Shown here: positions 18,758 through 26,761 of the stretch, piece after piece
Position numbering within the stretch: position 1 is the stretch's first letter
Layout of the letters: each line of letters opens with the position of its first letter
Assembly: GCA_002840365.1 (NCBI GenBank)
Contig: PHAO01000001.1
Coordinates: 15,594-79,593 of the forward strand
Origin: Candidatus Dojkabacteria bacterium HGW-Dojkabacteria-1
GTDB lineage: Bacteria; Patescibacteriota; Dojkabacteria; SC72
Direction of reading: 5' to 3'
DNA length: 64,000 nucleotides
Notes under the pieces: generated by a model
Told to the model about the DNA's origin: nothing
Seen by the model: the letters and a program-made list of their open reading frames with translations, nothing else
Databases searched by the model: none
Position numbers and translations under genes: made by a program

Positions 18758-18969
18758 ACAAACTATTGACATCTCAAACTATTAGTATGAGAATATAAAT
18801 AGGTAATTGCCCAAGATCCCCTCTACCTGTTCTTCAATAAAAATAATTTATAGTATAAAAGTTTGTTTGAAGCTTGGACTCTCCTTTTTATTTAATTTGT
18901 TAATTGATATATAAGCATAATAAGGAATATATGCATAAAGGTCTTTGCTAATTTTAATAAAAATTAAAT

Positions 18970-19560
18970 ATGAAACAGATCTTAGCTAGTGCTATGATCA
19001 TCGCCGCTTTAGGAGCTTTAGTGGTGAGTTCAACAGTAGCACTTTTTAGTGATCAGGGTGTCATATCTGGTAATACAGTAGCGACGGGTACACTTGAGTT
19101 GACTTTAAATAAGTCTGCAGGTAAACCATTCACTATTACCGATGGATATCCTGGGTATGAGACCGGTTGGGAATATATGGATATTTACAACACCGGTACA
19201 ATGCCTTTCGAAGCACATGTCTCCTTTGAAAAGACTGCAGGGGATGATGATCTTTACGATGCTTTAATGATTGATATGCACGCTTCGGGTGGAGATGGAC
19301 TTTGTAACACTTCAGATTTTGGTGAGAACCTAATCTATAGTGGATACCTTAAGGACTTTCCATTCCAGAAGTTAGTGAGTGTATATTGGCATTTAGCAAA
19401 TGAAGATGATGCTTCAGGTTCACCAGCAGACAACATTAGAGCTGGATGGACAATGAGAGTTTGTCAGAAGTTAAGTATTGATAGCGGTGCAGGAAATGAG
19501 ATTATGGGTAAATCCGTAACCTTTTCTGAAATCGTAGATGCAATGCAAGACAATGATTAA
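18970..19560 (+). CDS. TasA/CalY-family protein with SipW-type signal peptide
   Basis: MKQILAS...STVALFSD...GNTVATGTLEL SipW-cognate signal; IYNTGT motif; adjacent to sipW. Confidence 0.82.
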   Translation: MKQILASAMIIAALGALVVSSTVALFSDQGVISGNTVATGTLELTLNKSAGKPFTITDGYPGYETGWEYMDIYNTGTMPFEAHVSFEKTAGDDDLYDALMIDMHASGGDGLCNTSDFGENLIYSGYLKDFPFQKLVSVYWHLANEDDASGSPADNIRAGWTMRVCQKLSIDSGAGNEIMGKSVTFSEIVDAMQDND

Positions 19561-19570
19561 TTCTTAACAG

Positions 19571-19600
19571 GGGCTGCATCGAAAGGTGCAGCCTTTCTTT
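19571..19600 (+). terminator. Intrinsic terminator after the TasA-like gene
   Basis: GGGCTGCATC-GAAA-GGTGCAGCCT followed by TTCTTT. Confidence 0.85.
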
Positions 19601-19604
19601 AAAG

Positions 19605-20120
19605 ATGAAAAACAATATATTAAATACAATCTATTGGATATTGATTCTTTTTGTCGTACTAGTTGCAATCATTCCAGCAATATCTGCCTTCAATCTTAAA
19701 CTACCTTTTAGTTTGTATTCTGTAGAAACAGGCTCTATGGAACCAGTAATTAAACCTGGTGATTTGATTTTTGTAAAAGAAGAAGAAAGATATCAGGTTG
19801 GAGATATAATCTCTTTTACAGATCAACGAGGCGGAGGAATTACGACAATAACTCACAGAATAGCTAGTATAAATGAAGATGGAACCTTTATGACAAAAGG
19901 AGATGCAAACAGTGGAGTTGATGCAGATTCTGTGAGAAGCGAAGATATCGTAGGTAAGTATTTCTTTAGAATTCCACTACTAGGATATATTATTAGTTTT
20001 GTAAAAACACCCTTAGGATTTTTAATACTAATTGCAATACCAGCAATAATAATTGCGTATGAAGAATTTAGAAAGATTGTTAAACATGTTTCTAGCAAAA
20101 AGGAAAACTACCAGAAGTGA
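19605..20120 (+). CDS. sipW: Signal peptidase I, SipW/ER-type (S26B)
   Basis: TGSMEP, ITHRI (Ser-His), TKGDAN...D, RIPLLGY. Confidence 0.88.
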   Translation: MKNNILNTIYWILILFVVLVAIIPAISAFNLKLPFSLYSVETGSMEPVIKPGDLIFVKEEERYQVGDIISFTDQRGGGITTITHRIASINEDGTFMTKGDANSGVDADSVRSEDIVGKYFFRIPLLGYIISFVKTPLGFLILIAIPAIIIAYEEFRKIVKHVSSKKENYQK

Positions 20121-20141
20121 AGAGCTTTTCTCACTTCTGGT
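20110..20141 (+). terminator. Hairpin at the sipW stop; possible terminator
   Basis: ACCAGAAGTGA...TCACTTCTGGT inverted repeat; no clear U tract. Confidence 0.5.
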
Positions 20142-20204
20142 GACATGATTTTACCCAATATTATCCCCTAGTACAATACAAGCGAATATTGTATATTGAA
20201 AAAT

Positions 20205-20507
20205 ATGGATGAAAAAACTGAGAAGAAGATAAATTTCCTGTATGGAATATTAATAACCTTAGGAACTATCGTAGTTGGTCTTGTTAGTTACATCTTCTAT
20301 ACCGAAAATACAACCCTATTTAAAGAACCTAATAGATGCGAATACAATGGTTGGGCATATGCAGACAAAGAGGTGTACGATTCTGTAGATGGTTGTAATA
20401 CTTGTTTTTGTTACGATGGGGAGGCAATCTGTACTGAAAAGGCATGTACAAATACCAATGAAGTTAAATATTGTGATGATGGTACAGTTTGCCCCGTAGA
20501 GCTTTAA
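20205..20507 (+). CDS. Small membrane-anchored Cys-rich protein with a pacifastin/VWC-like domain
   Basis: TM, then C...DGCNTCFCYDGEAICTEKAC and a further YCDDGTVC. Confidence 0.65.
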   Translation: MDEKTEKKINFLYGILITLGTIVVGLVSYIFYTENTTLFKEPNRCEYNGWAYADKEVYDSVDGCNTCFCYDGEAICTEKACTNTNEVKYCDDGTVCPVEL

Positions 20508-20570
20508 ACTTGCTTTCCCTACTACACTAATGTACCTTTAATGTATATATAAACTTTATTAAAGGAATGT

Positions 20571-21377
20571 ATGGAAAATATAAATGAAAGTATTTCCACC
20601 CCTCCTGAGCAAGTAATTCCACAAGAAGTTAAACCCAAAACAGACAAGAAATCTCTAATACTAGTATTAATAATTGTAGTTCTTTTTGTATTATTGCTAA
20701 TTACTGGTGGGCTTTTTGCATATAAGAGTGGATTACTGAACAATATTTTGAATATACAACAGCAGGAAGATGAAGATATTGAAGAAGAGCAACTAGAAGA
20801 TGAAACTTCCATTATGAAAACAACTTTTGAAGGAGAAACCATAAGTGCTTTGGTACCAGATGGCTGGACAGTAGAAGAATACTACGACGGTGAAGGGACA
20901 GAATCTCTCGTAGCGGGTGTTACATATGAAGGTTTTACTGGTCTGAAGATAAAGAATGGTACAAAGGAAGTCTTTTCTGTTAGGGCCGTTTCTGGAATAG
21001 GCGTTATTGGTTGTCCAATGTATGCAAAATTTGCTGATTACAATCCTACACATTTAGCAGATAATCAAGCAATGGCAAATGAAATTGATGAAACGATGAA
21101 TATCACTGACTACACAACTGCCCAATACGTAGAATTTAAATGGCTAGACAAAACCTTTAGAAGGATTGGCACAGGATATTTTTACGATGACGTACCAAAC
21201 AATGCCTTCTTTGAGGCACCATGTATGCAAGGAATTGTTACATTTACTGGTTTTAAATTTGTTGATTCTTTCGGTTACGAAAGTAATGCATACTTCTTTG
21301 GAGCAGTAGAGAATGTTACTGAGGATGAATTACTAATGGTAGATGAAATACTTGAAAGTATGAAATTAGTTAACTAA
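20571..21377 (+). CDS. Hypothetical membrane-anchored surface protein
   Basis: N-terminal TM, acidic linker, extracellular domain (ALVPDGWTV). Confidence 0.75.
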   Translation: MENINESISTPPEQVIPQEVKPKTDKKSLILVLIIVVLFVLLLITGGLFAYKSGLLNNILNIQQQEDEDIEEEQLEDETSIMKTTFEGETISALVPDGWTVEEYYDGEGTESLVAGVTYEGFTGLKIKNGTKEVFSVRAVSGIGVIGCPMYAKFADYNPTHLADNQAMANEIDETMNITDYTTAQYVEFKWLDKTFRRIGTGYFYDDVPNNAFFEAPCMQGIVTFTGFKFVDSFGYESNAYFFGAVENVTEDELLMVDEILESMKLVN

Positions 21378-21907
21378 TTAAATACCTCTACGAGATCTAC
21401 TTTTACATCAACAGAGGAAGATATTAAATTATCTCCTTTCTCTCTGTCTCTGTACTCATACCATATACCATCTATACAAAGAGCTATATATTTAGCCTCT
21501 ATGAGCATTCCATCAACAACTACCTGATTGTTACTAAGCATATTGTTTGTACGACTATCAGAGCTACCTTTTAGAAAAGTTCTTGAATAACCATCAAGTG
21601 GTCTTTCATATATCCTCGCGAGTACGGAAAGAGGTATTCCCCCTTCTCTTGATACATTAAAGTATGCATATGTAAGACCAGGAATATCCGTCCCTATCTC
21701 TGCAGAGATGTATGAACTAGAATCCTCATATACAGTACCTCTTTTAAGGAAAAAATTGTGTTTAGAGAGTCTTTCAATAGAAAGAAGGACTTCTAATAAT
21801 CTTTGATAGTCTTGGGGGATGTCAGAATCTCTACTCTCTGCATTTTCTAAATATGCATATCTATCTGAGTTTTCATTCTTACTGAAGAAGTTCTCTACAA
21901 GATTCAT
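21374..21907 (-). CDS. Hypothetical protein
   Basis: 177-aa ORF immediately downstream of tmRNA; no motif recognised. Confidence 0.6.
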   Translation of the reverse strand: MNLVENFFSKNENSDRYAYLENAESRDSDIPQDYQRLLEVLLSIERLSKHNFFLKRGTVYEDSSSYISAEIGTDIPGLTYAYFNVSREGGIPLSVLARIYERPLDGYSRTFLKGSSDSRTNNMLSNNQVVVDGMLIEAKYIALCIDGIWYEYRDREKGDNLISSSVDVKVDLVEVFN

Positions 21908-21930
21908 AATGTTCTAAGAATACCATAAAA

Positions 21931-22340
21931 TGGTGGAGACGGTGGGATTCGAACCCACGTCCAAAAGTTAAGAACTGTGCCATATACAAATGTATTTAGA
22001 TTTATATAGCCAAACAAAGCTAAAAATCTAACAAAAAACTCTGTTTGCTCAGTAATTGTATTCAACTAATATCCCCTACTGACAAGAGATAGTAGCTATA
22101 CCCTAGTAACGACTATCTAACACACTAACTAGAGATAGAAGTGTTAGACACTAACCGAACTTAATCAGCTAGACTTAAGCAAAATTGTAAGCATATAAAG
22201 GTGCAGTGAATGCAGCCCTTAGCTTACTTGCAAAAGCGTTAAGTTTGTTTTCTACACTTATCTGTGCTTTAGTTTTACGAACTAAAAAACGATTTGTGAC
22301 AAACAGCCCCTATGACTTCTGTCGAAAGCCTTACGTCCCC
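21931..22340 (-). ncRNA. ssrA: tmRNA
   Basis: 5-prime GGGGACG...TTCGAC and 3-prime GGTTCGAATCCCAC CGTCTCCACCA with a G3:U70 pair; tag ORF at 22255-22175. Confidence 0.93.
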
Positions 22341-22374
22341 ATATTCTTAAAGAACGCTACATTATACCATTTTC

Positions 22375-23100
22375 TTAAGATTTTTTGGATACCTCCCAAA
22401 GGGATATTGCTGTTGCAACAGAAAGATTTAAAGAATCAATATTGTCCGAATGAGGAATATACACACTCTGTCCCAATTCCATATACCTATCCTCTAATCC
22501 CTTAGATTCATTGCCGTGGATAATAGTTAGGGGTTTTTTAAATTGTACCTCCCCTATTTCCTTTGCTCCCTTAAGCATAAAAGGGTATATATTTTGATTT
22601 GGATATTTCTTTAAATATTCCTCTATGGAATCAAACATCTCGAAGTTAATATGAAAGAGAGCACCCATTGTGGATCTAACAACCATTGGATCGAAGATAT
22701 CTCCTGCTGGTTTTACTATACCTAAGTTCTTAAAGTCAAACCCTAGCATTGTCCGAATAACTGTCCCTATATTTCCTAGATTCATAGGATTAACTAATAC
22801 TAGATGATTTTCATCCTTTGTTAATTCGGATTCATACTTCTTAAAGACCCCTACTACATAGGTATTTTCTTTAACTGCAATCTTCTCTATTGCCCTGTTA
22901 GAGTACTCAAAAGGTATGCTCTTTTGCATACATAGATCCATAATCTCCTTTATACCTTCACTCTCCTGCGTATCTGTCTTAAAAAGAACCTGATATACCT
23001 TTTCAGGATGCAACTTGAGCAACTCTATCACAGGGAAAGCTCCAAAAGCATATGAGTAATCGAATTTCTTTTGATACTTCTTAACTTTAGGTAAAAACAT
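22375..23100 (-). CDS. TrmH/SpoU family RNA methyltransferase
   Basis: GNIGTVIRT, HGNESKGL, IP...IDSLNLSVA. Confidence 0.9.
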   Translation of the reverse strand: MFLPKVKKYQKKFDYSYAFGAFPVIELLKLHPEKVYQVLFKTDTQESEGIKEIMDLCMQKSIPFEYSNRAIEKIAVKENTYVVGVFKKYESELTKDENHLVLVNPMNLGNIGTVIRTMLGFDFKNLGIVKPAGDIFDPMVVRSTMGALFHINFEMFDSIEEYLKKYPNQNIYPFMLKGAKEIGEVQFKKPLTIIHGNESKGLEDRYMELGQSVYIPHSDNIDSLNLSVATAISLWEVSKKS

Positions 23101-23101
23101 A

Positions 23102-24055
23102 CTATTTCTTGTTTAAAATATCTTTCAATATATCATCTGCACAGGCCTTACCCTTGCTCATTTCCCATTTTTCTTTTCTAAGTATCAAATATGCCTCTTC
23201 GACCTTTTTCTTTGTTTCTGAGAGTATCAGGTTCTTTCTGAGAAGCTCCTTTTGAGCCTCTTCTTCACTCTTGTATATTTCATATATGCTGTACATAAAG
23301 CCATGGAGTAACACTAAGTAACTTAAGAACTTTGCTAATGTTGAAAGATTAAGCATTAGGTAATACTCAATATTTAAGAATGGTAAGAAAAATATCTGTG
23401 AAAGAATCGCAAATGTTAAGGAGAGTATGAGCCAGAACTCAAAGTTTCTGTAGTACATTCCCTGACTTCTTACATATCCAACAAGTGTTAAGATATATAC
23501 TCCAAGTGCAATCATTTGCATTACAATAGCGAAGATATATTCACTGTACCCACTAAAGATGTTTGAAAATACGGAAATTAATATTACGAATATTGAAAAT
23601 ACAAAAAATATTCCTAAAAATACAAATCTTTCGTTAATATTTTTCTCCTTATGTTCTTCTCTAGCAAATATCCAACTTAAGAAGAATATGAAGGAGAGGA
23701 ACACTCTAGAAAGAACTACGCTACTTGGAAATATTTCCGTGTTTTTTATTACAAACAAATCAGAGAAAACATCTAAAGAAATCAATATATGTAAAACATC
23801 AAGCAAGGATACAGCAAAGAAACCTATCGCTAAAAGCAGGAAGTTAAAAGAATTTCTTTTTGTAATAAAACGAAGTAATGCAAGCGACCCAATAAAGAAG
23901 GCAAAGATTCCTGCAAACAAATCAAGTATTAACTGAAAGTCTGTAATCCATTTTAAATTCCCAGCTACATATCCAAATGTAAGAAATGCGATTACACTTA
24001 GAAGTATAAAGATTTCTCTTTTCTTTACATCATTTTTTGTAAATTTTTGTATCAT
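23102..24055 (-). CDS. Multi-TM MASE3-like sensor-domain protein with coiled-coil tail and no output domain
   Basis: About 8 TMs; FLLLAIGF...LLDVLHIL and LAKFLSY resemble MASE3; ends after a short coiled coil. Confidence 0.55.
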   Translation of the reverse strand: MIQKFTKNDVKKREIFILLSVIAFLTFGYVAGNLKWITDFQLILDLFAGIFAFFIGSLALLRFITKRNSFNFLLLAIGFFAVSLLDVLHILISLDVFSDLFVIKNTEIFPSSVVLSRVFLSFIFFLSWIFAREEHKEKNINERFVFLGIFFVFSIFVILISVFSNIFSGYSEYIFAIVMQMIALGVYILTLVGYVRSQGMYYRNFEFWLILSLTFAILSQIFFLPFLNIEYYLMLNLSTLAKFLSYLVLLHGFMYSIYEIYKSEEEAQKELLRKNLILSETKKKVEEAYLILRKEKWEMSKGKACADDILKDILNKK

Positions 24056-24064
24056 ATGTATATT

Positions 24065-24592
24065 TTAATACATGAGTTTAGAAAAAGATATTTTTTCATT
24101 CCTCTCTGCGTGAGGAGCACAAACAGTAACTACCCCTTTTTCACTTTGAGATATGTAGTAGCCAGTACCATTTATGGATATGTACAAAGGATCTTGGGGC
24201 ATTACTATTAATTCTTCAGACTCTCCTGAAAGAAATGACATATCTACTAGATCGGAACAATCATATGGACCACTTTTGCAAATCTCATTACCAAAGTTCA
24301 CACACGCATTATCTTTTGGTATTTGTTCTGGTATTTCTCCAAAAGTATTGTTGTATGCACTTACATGGGTAAGTATGGCTGATATATCTGCTGTTCTTTT
24401 CATATTCCTAGCTTCAGCAGCCTCCTTACTTGGATTAATCGCTAGAAGGGCTAAGAGCCCCATTACAACGAAGGCAGAGAGAACTACTAGTATTTCTAGG
24501 ATATTAAATCTCTCATTCTTTGGTGTCTTTTCTTTTTCCTTTTTTACAGGAACAAAGTTTATTGTCTCTACATTTCGGGCAGCTTGATCCAT
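24065..24592 (-). CDS. Type IV pilin-like protein
   Basis: RFNILEILVVL...AINP...ARNMKRTADI, with C-terminal P-x-DP and Cys pairs. Start set at ATG 24592. Confidence 0.75.
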   Translation of the reverse strand: MDQAARNVETINFVPVKKEKEKTPKNERFNILEILVVLSAFVVMGLLALLAINPSKEAAEARNMKRTADISAILTHVSAYNNTFGEIPEQIPKDNACVNFGNEICKSGPYDCSDLVDMSFLSGESEELIVMPQDPLYISINGTGYYISQSEKGVVTVCAPHAERNEKISFSKLMY

Positions 24593-24758
24593 AGCTACAT
24601 AATACACATTTAGGAATCTTTTTTACATAGTTTTAACTATCTCCTATAGAGTGATAATTAAAAGGATATAGTAATCATACAGCTAAAAAGGTTGTTATAA
24701 CAACATTTAAATTGTTGTCCACATAAAAGGTTTTTGGGTGAATAAGTTGGAGTAACTA

Positions 24759-24844
24759 CGGAGAGGGTGGGATTCGAACCCACGGTACGGAAACCGTACA
24801 GCACTTTTCGAGAGTACCCTATTCGACCACTCTAGCACCTCTCC
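24759..24844 (-). tRNA. tRNA-Ser (CGA)
   Basis: GGAGAGG...GTACT CTCGAAA AGTGC, long variable arm, GGTTCGAATCC; CCA not encoded. Confidence 0.93.
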
Positions 24845-24880
24845 AGTGCATAATTATATCAAAAATAGTGAAATAACAAG

Positions 24881-25564
24881 CTATATCTCCTCGAAAGGAA
24901 TATAGTCACCATAGGTTAGACGGTCTATCCTACCCTGCTTTCTAACATCTTTGTACAAAACCTTGTCTTGAAGTAATACAAAAATAGCATCCTTATCTGC
25001 CTCTCCAAGAAGCAATATCAAAGCTTTTGGATATCTAAGTCTAGTTTCAATTATTAAAAAATACTGCCCATTCTTAATTGAAAACCAAAAGTTATCAAGC
25101 ATAAACCACTCATAGAGTCTATTTCCTGTGTCTACTCCCCTTGTAGTAATTTTGTGCTTAACAGTATTTGGCTTGTTAGTACCAGCTACATATACAAAAA
25201 ATAGAAGAGCAATTATACATGCCATTAGGAAATAGTTTCCTAATATTGCCAAAAACAGTACAAAAAAAAGAGATATGGCCAAGACAATCATGAAAGATCT
25301 ATTTTCAAACTTGATTTCATACCTATCAGGAGCCTCCCATTCGAAAAGCTTTACATTTTGTATAACCTTCTTGGTAGGAATATCACTCTCTTCTAATACA
25401 ATCTCCTTTTCTACAATCTTTTTTCTCTTCTCCGCTTTTTTCTTTTTAATCGCTTCTTCTTTTAATTTTTGTATCTCCTCTTCCCTTTCTCTAAGAGACA
25501 TTTCTCCAGAGATTATCTTAAAAATATCTGATATTTCAGTTTCAAATCTATTCTTTTTCTTCAT
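24881..25564 (-). CDS. Conserved hypothetical two-TM membrane protein
   Basis: LFEWEAP...two TMs...HKITTRGV...YEW...FWF pattern. Confidence 0.65.
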   Translation of the reverse strand: MKKKNRFETEISDIFKIISGEMSLREREEEIQKLKEEAIKKKKAEKRKKIVEKEIVLEESDIPTKKVIQNVKLFEWEAPDRYEIKFENRSFMIVLAISLFFVLFLAILGNYFLMACIIALLFFVYVAGTNKPNTVKHKITTRGVDTGNRLYEWFMLDNFWFSIKNGQYFLIIETRLRYPKALILLLGEADKDAIFVLLQDKVLYKDVRKQGRIDRLTYGDYIPFEEI

Positions 25565-25588
25565 ACGCATATTATATGTATTTATGAG

Positions 25589-25987
25589 TTAGATAACAAA
25601 TGAAGCTATAACAAGTACTAACAATATCCCTACTCCCCAAAAGATATCTAATATATGGAAAAAGTTCAAAAGGACAACAAGAAATATCCCTATGGTTAGT
25701 AAAATTCCGAATTTAACACAATTTGTTTTTACAATATCTGTATTTTCTTTTTTTAGTATTAGTAGTGAAAATGCATATGCAATTAAAGATAGAGCAGATG
25801 AAAGAAAAATAAAGGATCCCATTGTAAATACGGAAATATTTAATAAATCGTAATCCCCTTCTACATTAAAAGGTAAGAATGTTCCAAGTGAGAGTAAATA
25901 CAACAAAATCACAACAGAGAAAACAAGAAGAAAAACTAATGATAAAAGGAATTTAATATTTCTTTCTCTATAAGTTTTCTCTTCCAC
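25589..25987 (-). CDS. Hypothetical four-TM membrane protein
   Basis: Hydrophobic 132-aa ORF; GTG start. Confidence 0.65.
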   Translation of the reverse strand: MEEKTYRERNIKFLLSLVFLLVFSVVILLYLLSLGTFLPFNVEGDYDLLNISVFTMGSFIFLSSALSLIAYAFSLLILKKENTDIVKTNCVKFGILLTIGIFLVVLLNFFHILDIFWGVGILLVLVIASFVI

Positions 25988-26032
25988 TTTGAAAAGTAAT
26001 AATCTAAGAAATTAATTTTAAAGGATATCAAT

Positions 26033-26761
26033 ATGAATATCTTAATTATAGAGAAATCTAAAACTATTTCATACATTTTAAAAAAGAGTTTAATTGCATA
26101 TGGATATAACGTTACAGAAGATAGTGGAAGTTTTAATGTAGAGAATATTGTAAGAAGGAATATATTTGAAATATTAATTTTAGATACAAATATAACAGGT
26201 ACTTTTAATACAATAGATATACTTAAGAAAGTAAAAAGATTTAAAGATATTGAATGTAAGATACTTGGCATATGTAGTACAGGTGGATGGAGGGATAAGG
26301 TAAATTTCTTAAATAATGGTGGAGACGATGTCTTGTCTTACCCATTCCCTATGCAAGAATTAATAGCTAGAATACAATCTCTTCTTAGAAGACCAAAAAG
26401 CTATATTGATAATCAAATATATATTGGAGATGTTGTTTTGGATACTAGAAGTAAAACTGTATCTGAAAAAGAAAAAGATGTTGATTTAAGGAGAAAAGAG
26501 TATGAACTTTTTGAGTATCTTGTTAGGAACAAAAATAGGACTGTAAGTAGATGCGAATTACTAGATCATGTGTGGGACTATAGAAGCTATACTGGTTCAA
26601 ACACTGTTGATGTACATATAAAAAGAATAAGGGATAAAATATCCAATAAAGGAATAATTGAAACTGTACATGGACAGGGTTACAGAATTAAGGATAGAAA
26701 AAATCCTAAAGCATCATTGGCATTACAAGATGTACAAAATCAGGATCATCAGCTATCTTAA
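26033..26761 (+). CDS. OmpR/PhoB-family response regulator with atypical receiver
   Basis: ELIARIQSLLRR, LRRKEYELFEYL, SNTVDVHIKRIR, IETVHGQGY; receiver has EK and YPF in place of ED and KPF. Confidence 0.9.
   Translation: MNILIIEKSKTISYILKKSLIAYGYNVTEDSGSFNVENIVRRNIFEILILDTNITGTFNTIDILKKVKRFKDIECKILGICSTGGWRDKVNFLNNGGDDVLSYPFPMQELIARIQSLLRRPKSYIDNQIYIGDVVLDTRSKTVSEKEKDVDLRRKEYELFEYLVRNKNRTVSRCELLDHVWDYRSYTGSNTVDVHIKRIRDKISNKGIIETVHGQGYRIKDRKNPKASLALQDVQNQDHQLS

Noticed and set aside
21931-21965. A tRNA gene
   Set aside because: It is the tRNA-like 3-prime end of tmRNA; the matching 5-prime end is at 22340.
22206-22505. 99-aa plus-strand ORF
   Set aside because: Antisense to tmRNA and the trmH-like gene; shadow ORF.
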